A stretch of DNA of 63,132 nt, filler included, from Globobulimina sp. (Eukaryota), in NCBI GenBank assembly GCA_003354225.1. It is 50 parts of 50 records of this genome, joined end to end, with 100 filler letters (N's around TTAATTAATTAA, not from the genome) between each part and the next. Parts side by side here need not be neighbours in the genome. Positions count along the whole stretch, not along the records: positions 1 to 1,166 come from PIVH01021875.1; positions 1,267 to 2,432 come from PIVH01021876.1; positions 2,533 to 3,698 come from PIVH01021877.1; positions 3,799 to 4,964 come from PIVH01021878.1; positions 5,065 to 6,229 come from PIVH01021879.1; positions 6,330 to 7,494 come from PIVH01021880.1; positions 7,595 to 8,759 come from PIVH01021881.1; positions 8,860 to 10,024 come from PIVH01021882.1; 42 more parts are not named here. The stretch is one strand, 5' to 3'. Made by a program: the position numbers and the translations under genes. Positions 1 to 12,654 of this stretch are shown here, piece after piece (position 1 is the first letter of the stretch; each line of letters starts with the position of its first letter). Under the pieces are notes generated by a model, which searched no databases, was not told the origin of the DNA, and saw only the letters and a list, made by a program, of their open reading frames with translations.

Positions 1-378
1 TGATTAAGCCATAACCAGTGATATTCTGCATTCCGTTCGCCATTTCCTATCCATATTCTATCCATATTATACCATACATATTACTTATCCATAATATTTG
101 TCCAAAATAATAACGAACTTTCGCCGGGCATTTATCGTACCAAACTATGTAAAATCATAACATAGAGCCTCCTGGCTTTTGAATGGTACTATTTTCAGGT
201 CCCAACTCCCACGCAATCCATACAAAAAGTCAATATTAATATACACACCAAATATCTCCGTTTTTTTATTTTGTATATTATTATCACTGCTTAATCAATG
301 ACTGTGTGAAATTTATAATGGAATTGGAGCAAATGATCACTCCTTAAAAGCTATCGGGAAAACAGCACAAAAATTCTG

Positions 379-1146
379 TCACAAAAAGTCCGAAAATTCA
401 TGATCAGTATGACCGGTTATTGTGTATTCTGTATTTGTATCTGCACAACAAATGAAGAGAAAATATGTTTTATTTCTTTCAATTCGCAATAACTTCCCTC
501 TCCTTCCTATTGGCTCATCATTATCATTCATGAAAAATTGTACATTCCATTCATCGCAATTCAATCTAACTGTAATAACATCATTCCGTGACCACTGTTT
601 ACCGGAATCAAAGAAAGAAGAACCAATAAATATATATCCCGAAGCAGAAAACCAATATACATTCCCATTTCGAGTGATATCGTCAATGTTGCTATCCTTT
701 TGTTTGCATGATGTCAAATCAGATATTATTCCAATCACACCAGGATCAGTGGTTTTAATTCTCCATTCATGAATACCTGCATTCCACCCCAATGAAGAAC
801 CAATCATTATATAATTAACATCATCCGAATCATTTGAGCGTTTGAAGGTTTTGCCATTGTTTATGATATTTGCGTAATGTGCTTTGTGACAAACATCAAA
901 TATCACGAATATATTTCCTAAAAATAGAATAAATTCTTTGATTAATGATGACGGAAAATAATGATGGTTTTGACTGATTTCAATGAAATTCTCATCAACA
1001 TATCTGGTCACTAAATAATCCAATTTCAATGCTACAATTTTGTTGGCTGACTCCATTATGTTTTGATGATTTCGCTCTAAAAAACTGTTCAGTGTATTTA
1101 CCATTTTCCAGATAAGAGATGGGAGCACTGTCATAAGTCCGAACAT
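379..1146 (-). CDS. SPRY/B30.2-like domain protein
   Basis: C-terminal beta-rich pattern GWNAGIHEWRIK...VIGII...NDVITVRLNCDEWNVQFFMND...TYFLFI is typical of SPRY-like folds. Confidence 0.6.
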   Translation of the reverse strand: MFGLMTVLPSLIWKMVNTLNSFLERNHQNIMESANKIVALKLDYLVTRYVDENFIEISQNHHYFPSSLIKEFILFLGNIFVIFDVCHKAHYANIINNGKTFKRSNDSDDVNYIMIGSSLGWNAGIHEWRIKTTDPGVIGIISDLTSCKQKDSNIDDITRNGNVYWFSASGYIFIGSSFFDSGKQWSRNDVITVRLNCDEWNVQFFMNDNDEPIGRRGKLLRIERNKTYFLFICCADTNTEYTITGHTDHEFSDFL

Positions 1147-1166
1147 TAAGTATACGTAAAAATAAG

Positions 1167-1266
1167 NNNNNNNNNNNNNNNNNNNNNNNNNNNNNNNNNN
1201 NNNNNNNNNNTTAATTAATTAANNNNNNNNNNNNNNNNNNNNNNNNNNNNNNNNNNNNNNNNNNNN
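1167..1266. other. Artificial contig spacer N44-TTAATTAATTAA-N44 (first of 49 identical spacers)
   Basis: The same 100-nt block recurs about every 1.26 kb. TTAATTAATTAA gives stops in all six frames. Contigs are all about 1.16 kb, consistent with length-sorted concatenation. Confidence 0.99.
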
Positions 1267-2044
1267 TTTGATTATTGATAAAATTGATATGAAGTTTCTC
1301 AATAGTGAATAATACGCGTAATAATATCATTTTCTGTTGCTTGCAATGTAGTATCAATTGTACAGCTTGAAACATCAAATGCTAAATGTGCTGATTCTAA
1401 TTCATTGTTTGCGGCATAATTCATTGTCCAATTACCAGTGTCACCTTGTAATAAGATACCACTTGATGGTGACGTGAATTCTAAGGTACTACCAACAAAT
1501 ATCTGAAATTCTTCATGTGCTGAGACCGATCGATTTATAATAATGAGTATTGAAAAAGTAATATTTGATGTCGAATGGCCGGTAATTGTTGAATAATTAA
1601 TGATCTGTTTTTGCCATTGTCTGTAATAAAATGTATATTCAAACCATTTGAAACAATAAACATATCACTTGAAATAAATGTAAATAAGATTTGATCATTG
1701 AGGTTTGTGATATTTGTATACACATAAATACCATTATAACCATTGATATTTACGACACCATTTGTGTTTTGTGAAAATACAGTTTGGACGTCATCAATAT
1801 CAATCTGTCCCCCTCCAATACCATACATATCCGTTGATTGATCAAAGCCAGACATAAATATTAAACATGGATGAGAATTAAATATCACATTTTTGCTGTA
1901 TAATGATGAAAATTCTGTATTATTATCTGATGGTCGAGTAATACCACCAATTGCCATTGAATAATTTCTTGAACATCTTTCTGAAATTTCAAGCGTTGCT
2001 GTGATGCATTTATATGTCTGAGAACATCTATTGATATACACCAC
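1267..2044 (-). CDS. Hypothetical (probably extracellular) protein, multi-exon fragment
   Basis: 169-aa ORF plus further coding-like sequence toward 1267; no family recognised. Confidence 0.3.
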
Positions 2045-2667
2045 TGTAATACTTTATATAACCAATAACATCTTTATATGAAAAATTACCTTTATCATAA
2101 CCCACAGACTCTGATGATTCCACAATCAAATCTCGTAAAACTGAGGGATAATCTTTAAGTGAATCCAAATTTATATTTAATGTTTTTTACTAAATCTAAA
2201 CATATTAAATCATCAATATATAATGGGGTCGATTTATCAGATTCAAACAATAAACACATTATCTCTGCAGCTTTTATACTAAATCTGCGGACTGCTCCTC
2301 CTGCACTTCAAACTGAGATAAAACAGCAAAGAATTTGCCAAAATTGGTCCAATTGGCTGTTAATCGAATTGAAGATATCTCGATTGTCCATTGGCCGTTG
2401 ATAAATAATCTCTCATTCTCTTCCTTAAATTTNNNNNNNNNNNNNNNNNNNNNNNNNNNNNNNNNNNNNNNNNNNNTTAATTAATTAANNNNNNNNNNNN
2501 NNNNNNNNNNNNNNNNNNNNNNNNNNNNNNNNTAATCACAAAACACAAAGGGGAGGAATATAATATATACAAAAAAAAAATATTCAGCACATATACAACA
2601 CACTCGATGTATATGTGCATATACAACACATATTTAATTAATAACATTAACAAGCAATCATTGTATA

Positions 2668-3645
2668 TCATACTTGGACCGTTGTGGAGGCGGAAGTGGC
2701 ATCAGCAGAACCATCCGATTTCGTATTTGATGATTTTGTGGCTAATTGCATTTCAGTCTTCAAATTTTTAATATTTATTACATGCTCTTCCCAATACGAC
2801 GACATTCGACCGCACATTTTATAAAACACAACTTGACCGCATGGGAATTGTAAATAAAGGCAAAATAAATTAACACATTCATCTAATTGCAAAAACATTA
2901 CATGTGAAACCCAGATAATTTCGCCCGTCCCATCAAAGTATCGAACCACACTAATAATGCTTACTAAATTGGACGATAATAAGCCAATGGCGGCGCAAAT
3001 AATTAATTTAAGTGCTGATTTTACCAAAGATTCATCTTCTAAAACTAATATTTTCTTAAAGAAAACTATCAGCAAAATACTGGTAAAAATTAAATTTGTA
3101 ATTTGAAATAAAAAAATAGTTAAATTTGCCCAGTGCCAATGTTCCATTGACATACGAAAAAATACCATCACCATACATGCTAAAAACATTTGAATCACCA
3201 AACCAAAGATAAAGAAAAGAAATAAGTATCGCGAGGTGGCCAATGTGGTCCCTTTGAAGGCGTAGGTCAATCTCACCACAAATAATAAATATAACAATGA
3301 TAAACCAATTTGATAACAAAGCGTAGCGACTAATCCTAAATCTAACCACAATACGAAATCGTAAATGCAATAAAGACTCGATGTTAAATGAATGGAATAT
3401 AAAACAGTCGACAACATAAACAGTACAACAAGTGTACAAAAAACACCTTTAATAAATTTCATTATTGTATGAATTGTGTCCATTTTGAACGATATTACAT
3501 ACATAAAATATGCTCCAAACGAATATACAAAAAGGGTCCCTAAATTGGTCATCACCCATGCTAATGTTGAGTATGGTAACGGATCAAAACAAACAATATT
3601 CCACTCAGCTGACATGATAATTGCTAATTGATACTTTCTTCGCAA
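2668..3645 (-). CDS. Seven-transmembrane (GPCR-like) membrane protein
   Basis: About 7 hydrophobic helices followed by a Ser/Thr-rich cytoplasmic tail. Confidence 0.6.
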   Translation of the reverse strand: MRRKYQLAIIMSAEWNIVCFDPLPYSTLAWVMTNLGTLFVYSFGAYFMYVISFKMDTIHTIMKFIKGVFCTLVVLFMLSTVLYSIHLTSSLYCIYDFVLWLDLGLVATLCYQIGLSLLYLLFVVRLTYAFKGTTLATSRYLFLFFIFGLVIQMFLACMVMVFFRMSMEHWHWANLTIFLFQITNLIFTSILLIVFFKKILVLEDESLVKSALKLIICAAIGLLSSNLVSIISVVRYFDGTGEIIWVSHVMFLQLDECVNLFCLYLQFPCGQVVFYKMCGRMSSYWEEHVINIKNLKTEMQLATKSSNTKSDGSADATSASTTVQV

Positions 3646-4019
3646 CGAAGGAGCAGTTGTAAATTGGCTATGAAAACTGAAAACTAGTCTGCTATGAANN
3701 NNNNNNNNNNNNNNNNNNNNNNNNNNNNNNNNNNNNNNNNNNTTAATTAATTAANNNNNNNNNNNNNNNNNNNNNNNNNNNNNNNNNNNNNNNNNNNNTG
3801 TTAACTTTTTTAACTCGGAGCAACCGTCCCATAGAGGCTCGACCAAAATTTGTGCCCGAGATATATAGGTTCAAGCATCTCAAAAGAACCGGTGAGTCCC
3901 AGAGAACCACGAATGACCCTCAGATGAACTACCCAGTTCTTAATATATAGCAAGGCATTGCAGTGCAATGAGATCAAAAACCAGTATATCAGATTGTATT
4001 TGAAAAACTTCCCAACTGA

Positions 4020-4964
<945 letters not shown>

Positions 4965-5064
4965 NNNNNNNNNNNNNNNNNNNNNNNNNNNNNNNNNNNN
5001 NNNNNNNNTTAATTAATTAANNNNNNNNNNNNNNNNNNNNNNNNNNNNNNNNNNNNNNNNNNNN

Positions 5065-5931
5065 TTTGGCGCGGTGGTCGACGGCGCCCGACCGCGCAAT
5101 GGATTCGCTGCCGGCCAAATCCACCAGATTCAAAGTGCCCGTCTTGACAATCTCCTCCGTGTTGATTGTGCATTTTATGCGAATGGTGATGGTGAAGATG
5201 CAGTGGCTGCGCGAGGACCGGTTGTTGAGATTGGTGGCGGCCGTCTTGCGTTTACTGGTTGATTTGGACAGTATATCAAAGATATGCTGCGGCGATGACA
5301 CAATTATTTCCTCCAAACCTTGTACGAACACACCGTGGCCGCCTTTGATGTTTTGCTTTTTGGTGTCGTTGTAGATGGTTAACTTTTTCTTTTTTATTTC
5401 CAAGTCGCACAGTAAATCGGTCAGCTCTTCGTTGTAGATTTCCAAATGGGAAACGATTACGGTGGACTCTATGGAGTCACGTGCCAGTTCGTGGAATATT
5501 GCTTTTATGGCTCGGGGAATGATGCCATCGTCGTCGTTTTGGTGGTTGTTGGCGTGGTCGTTATTGAACCGGTTGCCTTCCATTGTGTAGGTTTTGCCGG
5601 AGCCGGTTTGTCCGTATGCGAAGACGGTGCAGTTGTAACCAGATAGAACGTCGCTGATTATTGGCTCAATGGAATGCGAGAAGACTCCGTTTTGTTTGGT
5701 GGAGGTGTTGTAGACTTTGTCAAAGGTGTACAGTTTGTTACTATCGCGGCCGCGCGCACGCGGAATTACGACACCGATCTGGTTTTTACGACTGTTGCAG
5801 ACAACTTCGCAGAGACTCTTCTCGCCGGGCAATAAGGGACGACAACGCACGGCGACTTTAATATTGTCTTTTACATGTTGTTTTTTACGGCTCTTGTTGT
5901 TGTTGTTTTTTACGCTCGAAACATCCGACAT
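5065..5931 (-). CDS. KIF11: Kinesin-5 (BimC/Eg5-like) motor domain, 3' truncated
   Basis: NIKVAVRCRP, GYNCTVFAYGQTGSGKTYTMEG, LEIYNEELTDLL, SSRSH, LNLVDLAGSESIARSGA. Confidence 0.88.
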
Positions 5932-5994
5932 TATGGGGATAGTAACTACTTCACTGAAAATATATGATTTGAATATTTAAAAAAGTGGTTTTTT

Positions 5995-6229
5995 ATGATG
6001 AGCAAACGAACGGAAACAAAAACAAAACAACAACAGACATGCTATGCTTTGGAGGCATGTGGTGAGGATGAACTGCTTGATATATTTGAAGAATCATTTG
6101 GTTATTTATCATTTGTTGAGAGATTTGTGGATAGAATTCGACGGCAACCAATTGATTATTTATCGTCAGATGCAAAAGATACTATTGCAACATCACCACA
6201 ACCACTTATTATTTTAGATATTGATAATA
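5995..6229 (+). CDS. Probable HAD-family (FCP1/SCP-like) phosphatase, N-terminal fragment
   Basis: Ends in PLIILDIDN, a DxD HAD motif I, at the contig edge. Confidence 0.4.
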
Positions 6230-6329
6230 NNNNNNNNNNNNNNNNNNNNNNNNNNNNNNNNNNNNNNNNNNNNTTAATTAATTAANNNNNNNNNNNNNNN
6301 NNNNNNNNNNNNNNNNNNNNNNNNNNNNN

Positions 6330-7276
6330 CCTTTATTACCGTGTTTCCCACCAGATCGATCGAGTGATTGAGTCTTATTGTCATCGGTTAAAACTCCAAA
6401 AACCACGGGAATGCTATCAACTTCACTTTGTTTAAAAACCCAAAGCCGTCTATTATTAAGACTCCATGTCCTTCCTTCATATTGAACTACTGTAATACAC
6501 GGAATATCTTCCACATCGATTTCACCATTTCTTAAACTTTCTGCTGTTTCGCTGATTGATATGCCACAACTAAATTCACTATTTATTGATGAATGGAGAT
6601 ATGAAATGTTATCAGGCGACATATATTCATCACATTTCATTGCATTATCAAAATCTATGGGTGCATTTCCGCTCCATGTTGAGCTTCCATCATCAAACAA
6701 TACACACCAAATATCAGAGCTTGCAGATAAAAACACTTTGTTAATTGACTTTTCATCTCGCAATACCTCCTCAAGTTGTGACGCAGTGCTACCTCCCCAA
6801 TACGAGGAACCATCACTAAACAGTAAGAAATAAGATCCTTCATAACCCAATGCAGCCCATATAAGACTTGCATTATTTTTAGTCGCTCGCTGTGGAAGAC
6901 TTGCATTATTTTTAGCAGCCCATATAAATTCTTCCGCTCGCTGTGGAATCCCTCTCCAATGTATAACATCACTTATTATTATTATGTAACTCCCATAAGG
7001 ACCAAGCGTAACACACGAGATATTATCAAGTTCATTCTGTTCTGGAGTGTCTGCGACAGACCGAAACGCCCAGCCACTATTTTTATAAACGGCAAAAAAT
7101 CCATCATCTTCATCCATGGCAAGCGCACGAATAGGCGAATTTGTTTGACCTTTATTGTAACGACCATCCAATAAATTATGTACTTGTGTTGGCAAACCAC
7201 TAGAATACGTAATATCATTTGTTGTTACTAGCACCCATCTGTCATCCGGGCCAAATGCTACATGCTTAACAGACAT
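6330..7276 (-). CDS. Beta-repeat protein with C-terminal ParB/Sulfiredoxin-like domain
   Basis: Repeats of the form (V/A)xLG/FGxxxxW/YF; C-terminal ISYLHSSINSEFSCG-SI-ET...L-NG...IPCITVV-YEGRTWSLNNRRLWVFK matches ParB-like domains. Confidence 0.6.
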
Positions 7277-7594
7277 GGTAAGAAATTAAAGAATGGTAAG
7301 AAATTTTTGTGTAAGATAGGAAGGAAAATAGGTTAATAATAAAATGTTATAATAGATGTAAATAAGTGACTAACTTGTTTTTTTTTTTTTAATGGCACAA
7401 ACAGTTTTTCGTTCGTCTATTGGATAGGGGGAGGACTAACCACATTGCTAACATATGACGTGTACAGTATTCCTCCGATGATTGATGAATTAATNNNNNN
7501 NNNNNNNNNNNNNNNNNNNNNNNNNNNNNNNNNNNNNNTTAATTAATTAANNNNNNNNNNNNNNNNNNNNNNNNNNNNNNNNNNNNNNNNNNNN

Positions 7595-7735
7595 CAACAA
7601 CTGCAACACCAACCACTGCAACACCAACAACTGCAACACCAACCACTGCAACACCAACAACTGCAACACCAACCACTGCAACACCAACCACTGCAACACC
7701 GACCACTGCAACACCAACAACTGCAACACCAACAT
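7595..7735 (+). repeat. 15-bp coding tandem repeat (PTTAT)n
   Basis: About 9 copies of CCAAC(A/C)ACTGCAACA. Confidence 0.92.
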
Positions 7736-8301
7736 TTGCAGCTGGTCCTACTCAACGTATTGAGAGTTCTGAGAGTTTTGAGAGTGATGATAGTGATATC
7801 AGTATTGAGAGTTCTGAGAGTGATGATAGTTTCGACCGACATAATAAAAGTATTGGGAGTTCTGAGAGTGATGAGAGTATTGAGAGTGGTGAGTGGTTAA
7901 ACTTAAATGAAGAGAGTTCTGAGGGGGAAGAACGTATTGATAATGTTTCGGACGACGATGATAATGATTCAGAGTCAAATATGTTCAAAAAAAGAAAAAG
8001 AAAAAAGAAAAAAGGAAATAAAAAAAACAGGGAAGATGCAAGTGATGACAGTGTTGAATTTGCGTCACAAAAAACTCAATTGTTTGATGAATATAACATT
8101 TATAAGACCGATCCTAAGGATATGTCGCATCGTATATCAGTACATTTCCGTTTAAGTCCAAGAGTATTGAGTGTATGCGGATTATTTGCTGTATTTATTA
8201 TTTTTAATTCTGTAATATTTTGTTATTATGTAAATTATAAATGTCCTACAGAGACAGAGACAGAATTTGCCTCATCTGAAGCACACAGAATTGTCATTTA
8301 A
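7597..8301 (+). CDS. Mucin-like membrane protein (PT-rich stalk, acidic/basic region, C-terminal TM), 5' truncated
   Basis: Frame is open from the contig edge (TTATP repeats, then ESSESD-rich, KKRKRKKKK, and TM VLSVCGLFAVFIIFNSVIFCYYV) to TAA at 8301. Confidence 0.7.
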   Translation, partial: TTATPTTATPTTATPTTATPTTATPTTATPTTATPTTATPTTATPTFAAGPTQRIESSESFESDDSDISIESSESDDSFDRHNKSIGSSESDESIESGEWLNLNEESSEGEERIDNVSDDDDNDSESNMFKKRKRKKKKGNKKNREDASDDSVEFASQKTQLFDEYNIYKTDPKDMSHRISVHFRLSPRVLSVCGLFAVFIIFNSVIFCYYVNYKCPTETETEFASSEAHRIVI

Positions 8302-8379
8302 ACAACTTACTCAGCATTGTTATTATATTATTTTGTTCTTATTATTTTTTTTTTATTATTTGATTTAATTTATGTTTTT

Positions 8380-8416
8380 CTTACTTACTTACTTACTTTT
8401 ACTTACTTACTTACTT
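8380..8416 (+). repeat. (TTAC)n microsatellite
   Basis: CTTACTTACTTACTTAC... run in the intergenic region. Confidence 0.8.
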
Positions 8417-8863
8417 AAAAATGCAAACTCCAAGAAACTTTTCACAAACATCACATTTTTCGAGTTTAACATTTTCACGAATGGAGACTGAGACTGTAGC
8501 CGAAGCACAAAAAGAAATGAAACAAGAATAGTATTCGATCACCAAAAGATTTAATCGATCACCAGGTATTTATAGATAAAAATATACAAAAACACACAAC
8601 AAACAAACAAACAAACAAAAACAGAAATTATTTAAAAACACCATCGAATCGATATCTACCAATGCCATCTGCGGCTGCCACACGTACAAAAATGAGGTGT
8701 TAGGTGATATTAAATGTTGCCTTTGGATCTGGCTATTTTGGATGGGGATTCTCGTTGGCNNNNNNNNNNNNNNNNNNNNNNNNNNNNNNNNNNNNNNNNN
8801 NNNTTAATTAATTAANNNNNNNNNNNNNNNNNNNNNNNNNNNNNNNNNNNNNNNNNNNNTGAT

Positions 8864-10024
8864 TTGAATTATCGAATGACAACAAAACAAAAAGAATTTG
8901 TTGCCGAAAACAAAAATAATGAGAATACGAAACAAGAAAAAGACGAAATTGTCCGAGAAATTATATTGGATTCAAAATTACAGAAATTAAAAGAATTAAA
9001 AAATAAAAACATGTTCCTCAAAGAGACGAATATTAAACAGAAAAAATGTTTGAACGAGAATGGGTTGGGACATCCATTTAAATATTGGAAAAAATATCGT
9101 TTTAATTTTTGGTTCATTTCACCAAAATATTATAATTTAAAAAGTGAACTTCTATTAAATAAAAATAAAAATATTTCAGTAGAACAATTTACGGAAACTC
9201 TCAAAGAGGCCACGCATTTCAGGCAAAGTCAATTTGCAAAGGAAAATTTAAGAGTCACAGATATCGATAAATTCGAATTTTGTGGATTCACAGATAAAGA
9301 ACTTATAAGTATTGACCATATTTTATCTGTTTTATTTTTCTTAAATTACACAGAAATGGCAAATCTTTTGACATCAACATTTAGCAAATCAGAGAATGAA
9401 TCAAATGAATCGTTAATAAAAAGAAACGGTGAATACTGTCATTGGAGCAAATATTTGTATGAATCAGTAAATTGTTTTGGTTGCCAATATAAGAAACGAA
9501 GGGTTTGGTGTACCGTAAATAGCGATAAATTGTTATTTTCTCGTTTTGTATGTTTATTTCATTCACCACTGAGCGCAACAAACAGCCATCAGGTTGCAGT
9601 TAATGTGGTTAATGATGGTGGAATGATATTAAATTTGGCACCCAAGAACTCTGTTAATTTTTTTAATGGTTCGGTATTATCACATTTTTCTGCTGAAAAT
9701 GAATATATTCTATTTGGCGATATGCATAACATTAATTCGATTACTTTGGTTGGTTTGGGTGAGGATTATAACAGGTTTCAAAAAGCCATCCGTGCATTTA
9801 GCTTGATATTGAAATCTGTGAGATTTAAATTTGACAAAATTATACAGGAAAAATGTTTAACATATTACAATGCTATGATTAGTGGGCAATATAAATATCC
9901 AAATAAATTGTTTATGAATGTTGTCCAACAGATTGAAGAGATTGATTGTAATCTTTGGATATGGACTCATCGCTATTTAGCATTTAGTGGTTTGTTTATA
10001 TTAGATACAGAACATAATTTTGTT
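8864..10024 (+). CDS. Hypothetical protein with ADP-ribosyltransferase-like domain, truncated
   Basis: FHSPLSATNSHQVA...GMILNL...VLSHFSAENEYIL resembles the S-T-S and E-x-E elements of R-S-E ARTs. Confidence 0.45.
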
Positions 10025-10234
10025 NNNNNNNNNNNNNNNNNNNNNNNNNNNNNNNNNNNNNNNNNNNNTTAATTAATTAANNNNNNNNNNNNNNNNNNNN
10101 NNNNNNNNNNNNNNNNNNNNNNNNTAACCGTTACAATTACAACTAAACTACTCAAGTAAAACTAAAAAACTTCTATTAAAAATTAACAATTATTGGGCCG
10201 TTATAGAAACGCAAAGGATGTATTTGTATTTAAT

Positions 10235-10693
10235 TTAGATCATTAAGATAAAACTACTCGACACAATGATAAACGAGAATACTGTGAAATACTTAAACGA
10301 TGAGAATATGGTTGGAAATGTCCATAGAAACGATTTTGCTGTTGTTTGGATGTTATTTTCGACGGCTTCTTCTGCATTGAATATATCTGCATAATAATCT
10401 ACACTCAGTGTATGCTTATTTGTGATGAATTCTTCTTTATCAAAATTTAATGCTGCTTTTGTTTGAGCATCTTCTAATTTGGACAGGTTTGCTTGTGAAT
10501 CGACATCATTTTCCATAACATCGACATCCATTGCTACTGTTTCTGTTACCAACAAATGCCGTTTTTGGTTTCCATTTCCATTGCATTCTTTACCAAAAAT
10601 ATCATTTGAACAATAATTCTTTGTCCAAAAGGCGATAACTAACAAAGATATAATCAATCCTCCAAATATATATCCTGTACATGATTGTCTCAT
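10235..10693 (-). CDS. Small membrane protein (N- and C-terminal hydrophobic segments)
   Basis: 152-aa ATG-started ORF with two hydrophobic stretches. Confidence 0.5.
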   Translation of the reverse strand: MRQSCTGYIFGGLIISLLVIAFWTKNYCSNDIFGKECNGNGNQKRHLLVTETVAMDVDVMENDVDSQANLSKLEDAQTKAALNFDKEEFITNKHTLSVDYYADIFNAEEAVENNIQTTAKSFLWTFPTIFSSFKYFTVFSFIIVSSSFILMI

Positions 10694-10934
10694 AATTTAA
10701 TATGATCAGATGTTAATAATTTAATAATTTAATAATTACACGATTCTCTCATAATTTAATATCTTGACTCGGTTATTTTAATAATTGTTCATCTCCAAAT
10801 GCAGATCAGATGCTATTTGTACAATTCTTGTAGCCCTTTAATTTGGTTTACTGACGCCGTTGTGAATGTATAAAGTTCTGAGTTAAGTGTGAAGGTGATC
10901 CGATTGAATAAATTAATCACACAATGTCAGAATG

Positions 10935-11289
10935 TCAGAATATTTCCCTCATGGCAAGTTTAAACTCATCAAACGAAATTTTACCGTCGGGAGCAAAATT
11001 TTGCGCACAATCACAAATCATGTTTCTCAAACTAAACAAAACATCATCATCAACTGGATTGTCTGTATAATATTCCATAATAATTATATCCACAATATAT
11101 CTCGGCAAAGTCGTATATTGCATAAAATACTCTGTGATCAGTTTTCTTAACTCCTCCTCCTCATTATCACCATCCATATCTTCTATAATCTGCATGCTGT
11201 TTGGCCCTATGCCCATCACCAATTCTACATCAATACTTCCATCACCATCATCATCTAATATATCAAACACGCCATGCATAAATATATAA
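10935..11289 (-). CDS. EF-hand calcium-binding protein, C-terminal part
   Basis: FDILDDDGDGSIDVEL and DGKISFDEFKLAM. Confidence 0.75.
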
Positions 11290-11421
11290 NNNNNNNNNNN
11301 NNNNNNNNNNNNNNNNNNNNNNNNNNNNNNNNNTTAATTAATTAANNNNNNNNNNNNNNNNNNNNNNNNNNNNNNNNNNNNNNNNNNNNATAGAGCTCGA
11401 GTCGAAACAACCGACCAATGT

Positions 11422-12554
11422 TCAAATATCATCCACAATATGGTACAAAATGTCGCCATTATCAAGTCTTGCTTCATGGGTTATTATTTTCCTATCCCTA
11501 TTGATTCTAGTTTTATTTTCACAATGTTTCTCTTTAAACGCAATTAAAGCATTGTTAAACATGGGCACGATTCTCCGAACAACTTGATATTGTTTGTATC
11601 CCTTTCTATATTCACTGTTTCCATTTGTATCATACTTTTCGAAGCTATGAATCTCGGGCATTTCAATCAAAACCGGCGATTCACATTCGATCATCCATAA
11701 TTGCTGTTCCTTTGTGTGGCGATTTCTTCTGGCTTTGGTCCAATGTTTATTAAAGGTATAGATCGGATCACCGCCAATCTTGGCCACCATATCTTTAAAT
11801 TGAGAGATATCCACTTTATACGAACTGCAATAATGAATAAAAAGCGTTTTATCATCTAAAGGATGTATTTTGTGGTCCATTGATTTCATGCAAGTGGACA
11901 TAAATTGTTCAATTAATATGTGTTTTAATCCCAGTTTATAAGCAGCTATAATGTAGGCATACATATCACTCTCTATTCCATCATATTTGCTGTAAGCAAA
12001 TGAGATCCATGACATCCATTGCGGGATTAAGTCATACCAATCCATATTGTGTAGGATGTATGGAACGCCTGCTTCGGAATTGTGCGCAGTCGACGGATGA
12101 ATGGCGGATAAATTCAACCAACGGAGCCATTTATTTCCTAAGCCATAACGAGCTGCGATCGGATGATGTAAAGCTAATCCATATCGATGTAAATCTATAT
12201 TGTTGATTGATTTTAAGAATACAAAATCTGGATCGATCATCATCATATAATCCTGTTTAATGTAACTTAGATTTGCAAAATTTGTGCAATGATAAAGTAC
12301 ATATAATGCCAATATGCGATTTAGCTGCGGATATCGTTGGATATTTGCACCGAATATATGCGGATATTCTTTCTTTATATCATCGAATGATGGAACAAAT
12401 ATTATATGAAATCTGCTTTTCCAATTCCATTGCAATGGGAATATATTAATGTCATTGTTTGTGTTTGTTGCATTATTATAGTTTAATAAACATTTATTTG
12501 TCAAATGTTTGTCAGTTAATGTGTGTACGTCTGGTTTTATTGGAATAGACGTTT
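11422..12554 (-). CDS. Hydroxyproline O-arabinosyltransferase / peptidyl-serine alpha-galactosyltransferase-like glycosyltransferase, 5' truncated
   Basis: MMIDPDFVFLK (DxD), PIAARYGLG, AGVPYILH..D...L.P.W, ESDMYAYIIAAYKLGLKH, FIHYC. Confidence 0.7.
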
Positions 12555-12654
12555 NNNNNNNNNNNNNNNNNNNNNNNNNNNNNNNNNNNNNNNNNNNNTT
12601 AATTAATTAANNNNNNNNNNNNNNNNNNNNNNNNNNNNNNNNNNNNNNNNNNNN

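Noticed and set aside
7543-7842. Cys/Trp-rich (CCSGW)n or (LVLQW)n proteins on the minus strand
   Set aside because: Antisense shadows of the plus-strand PTTAT repeat, whose frame continues into a coherent 235-codon ORF.
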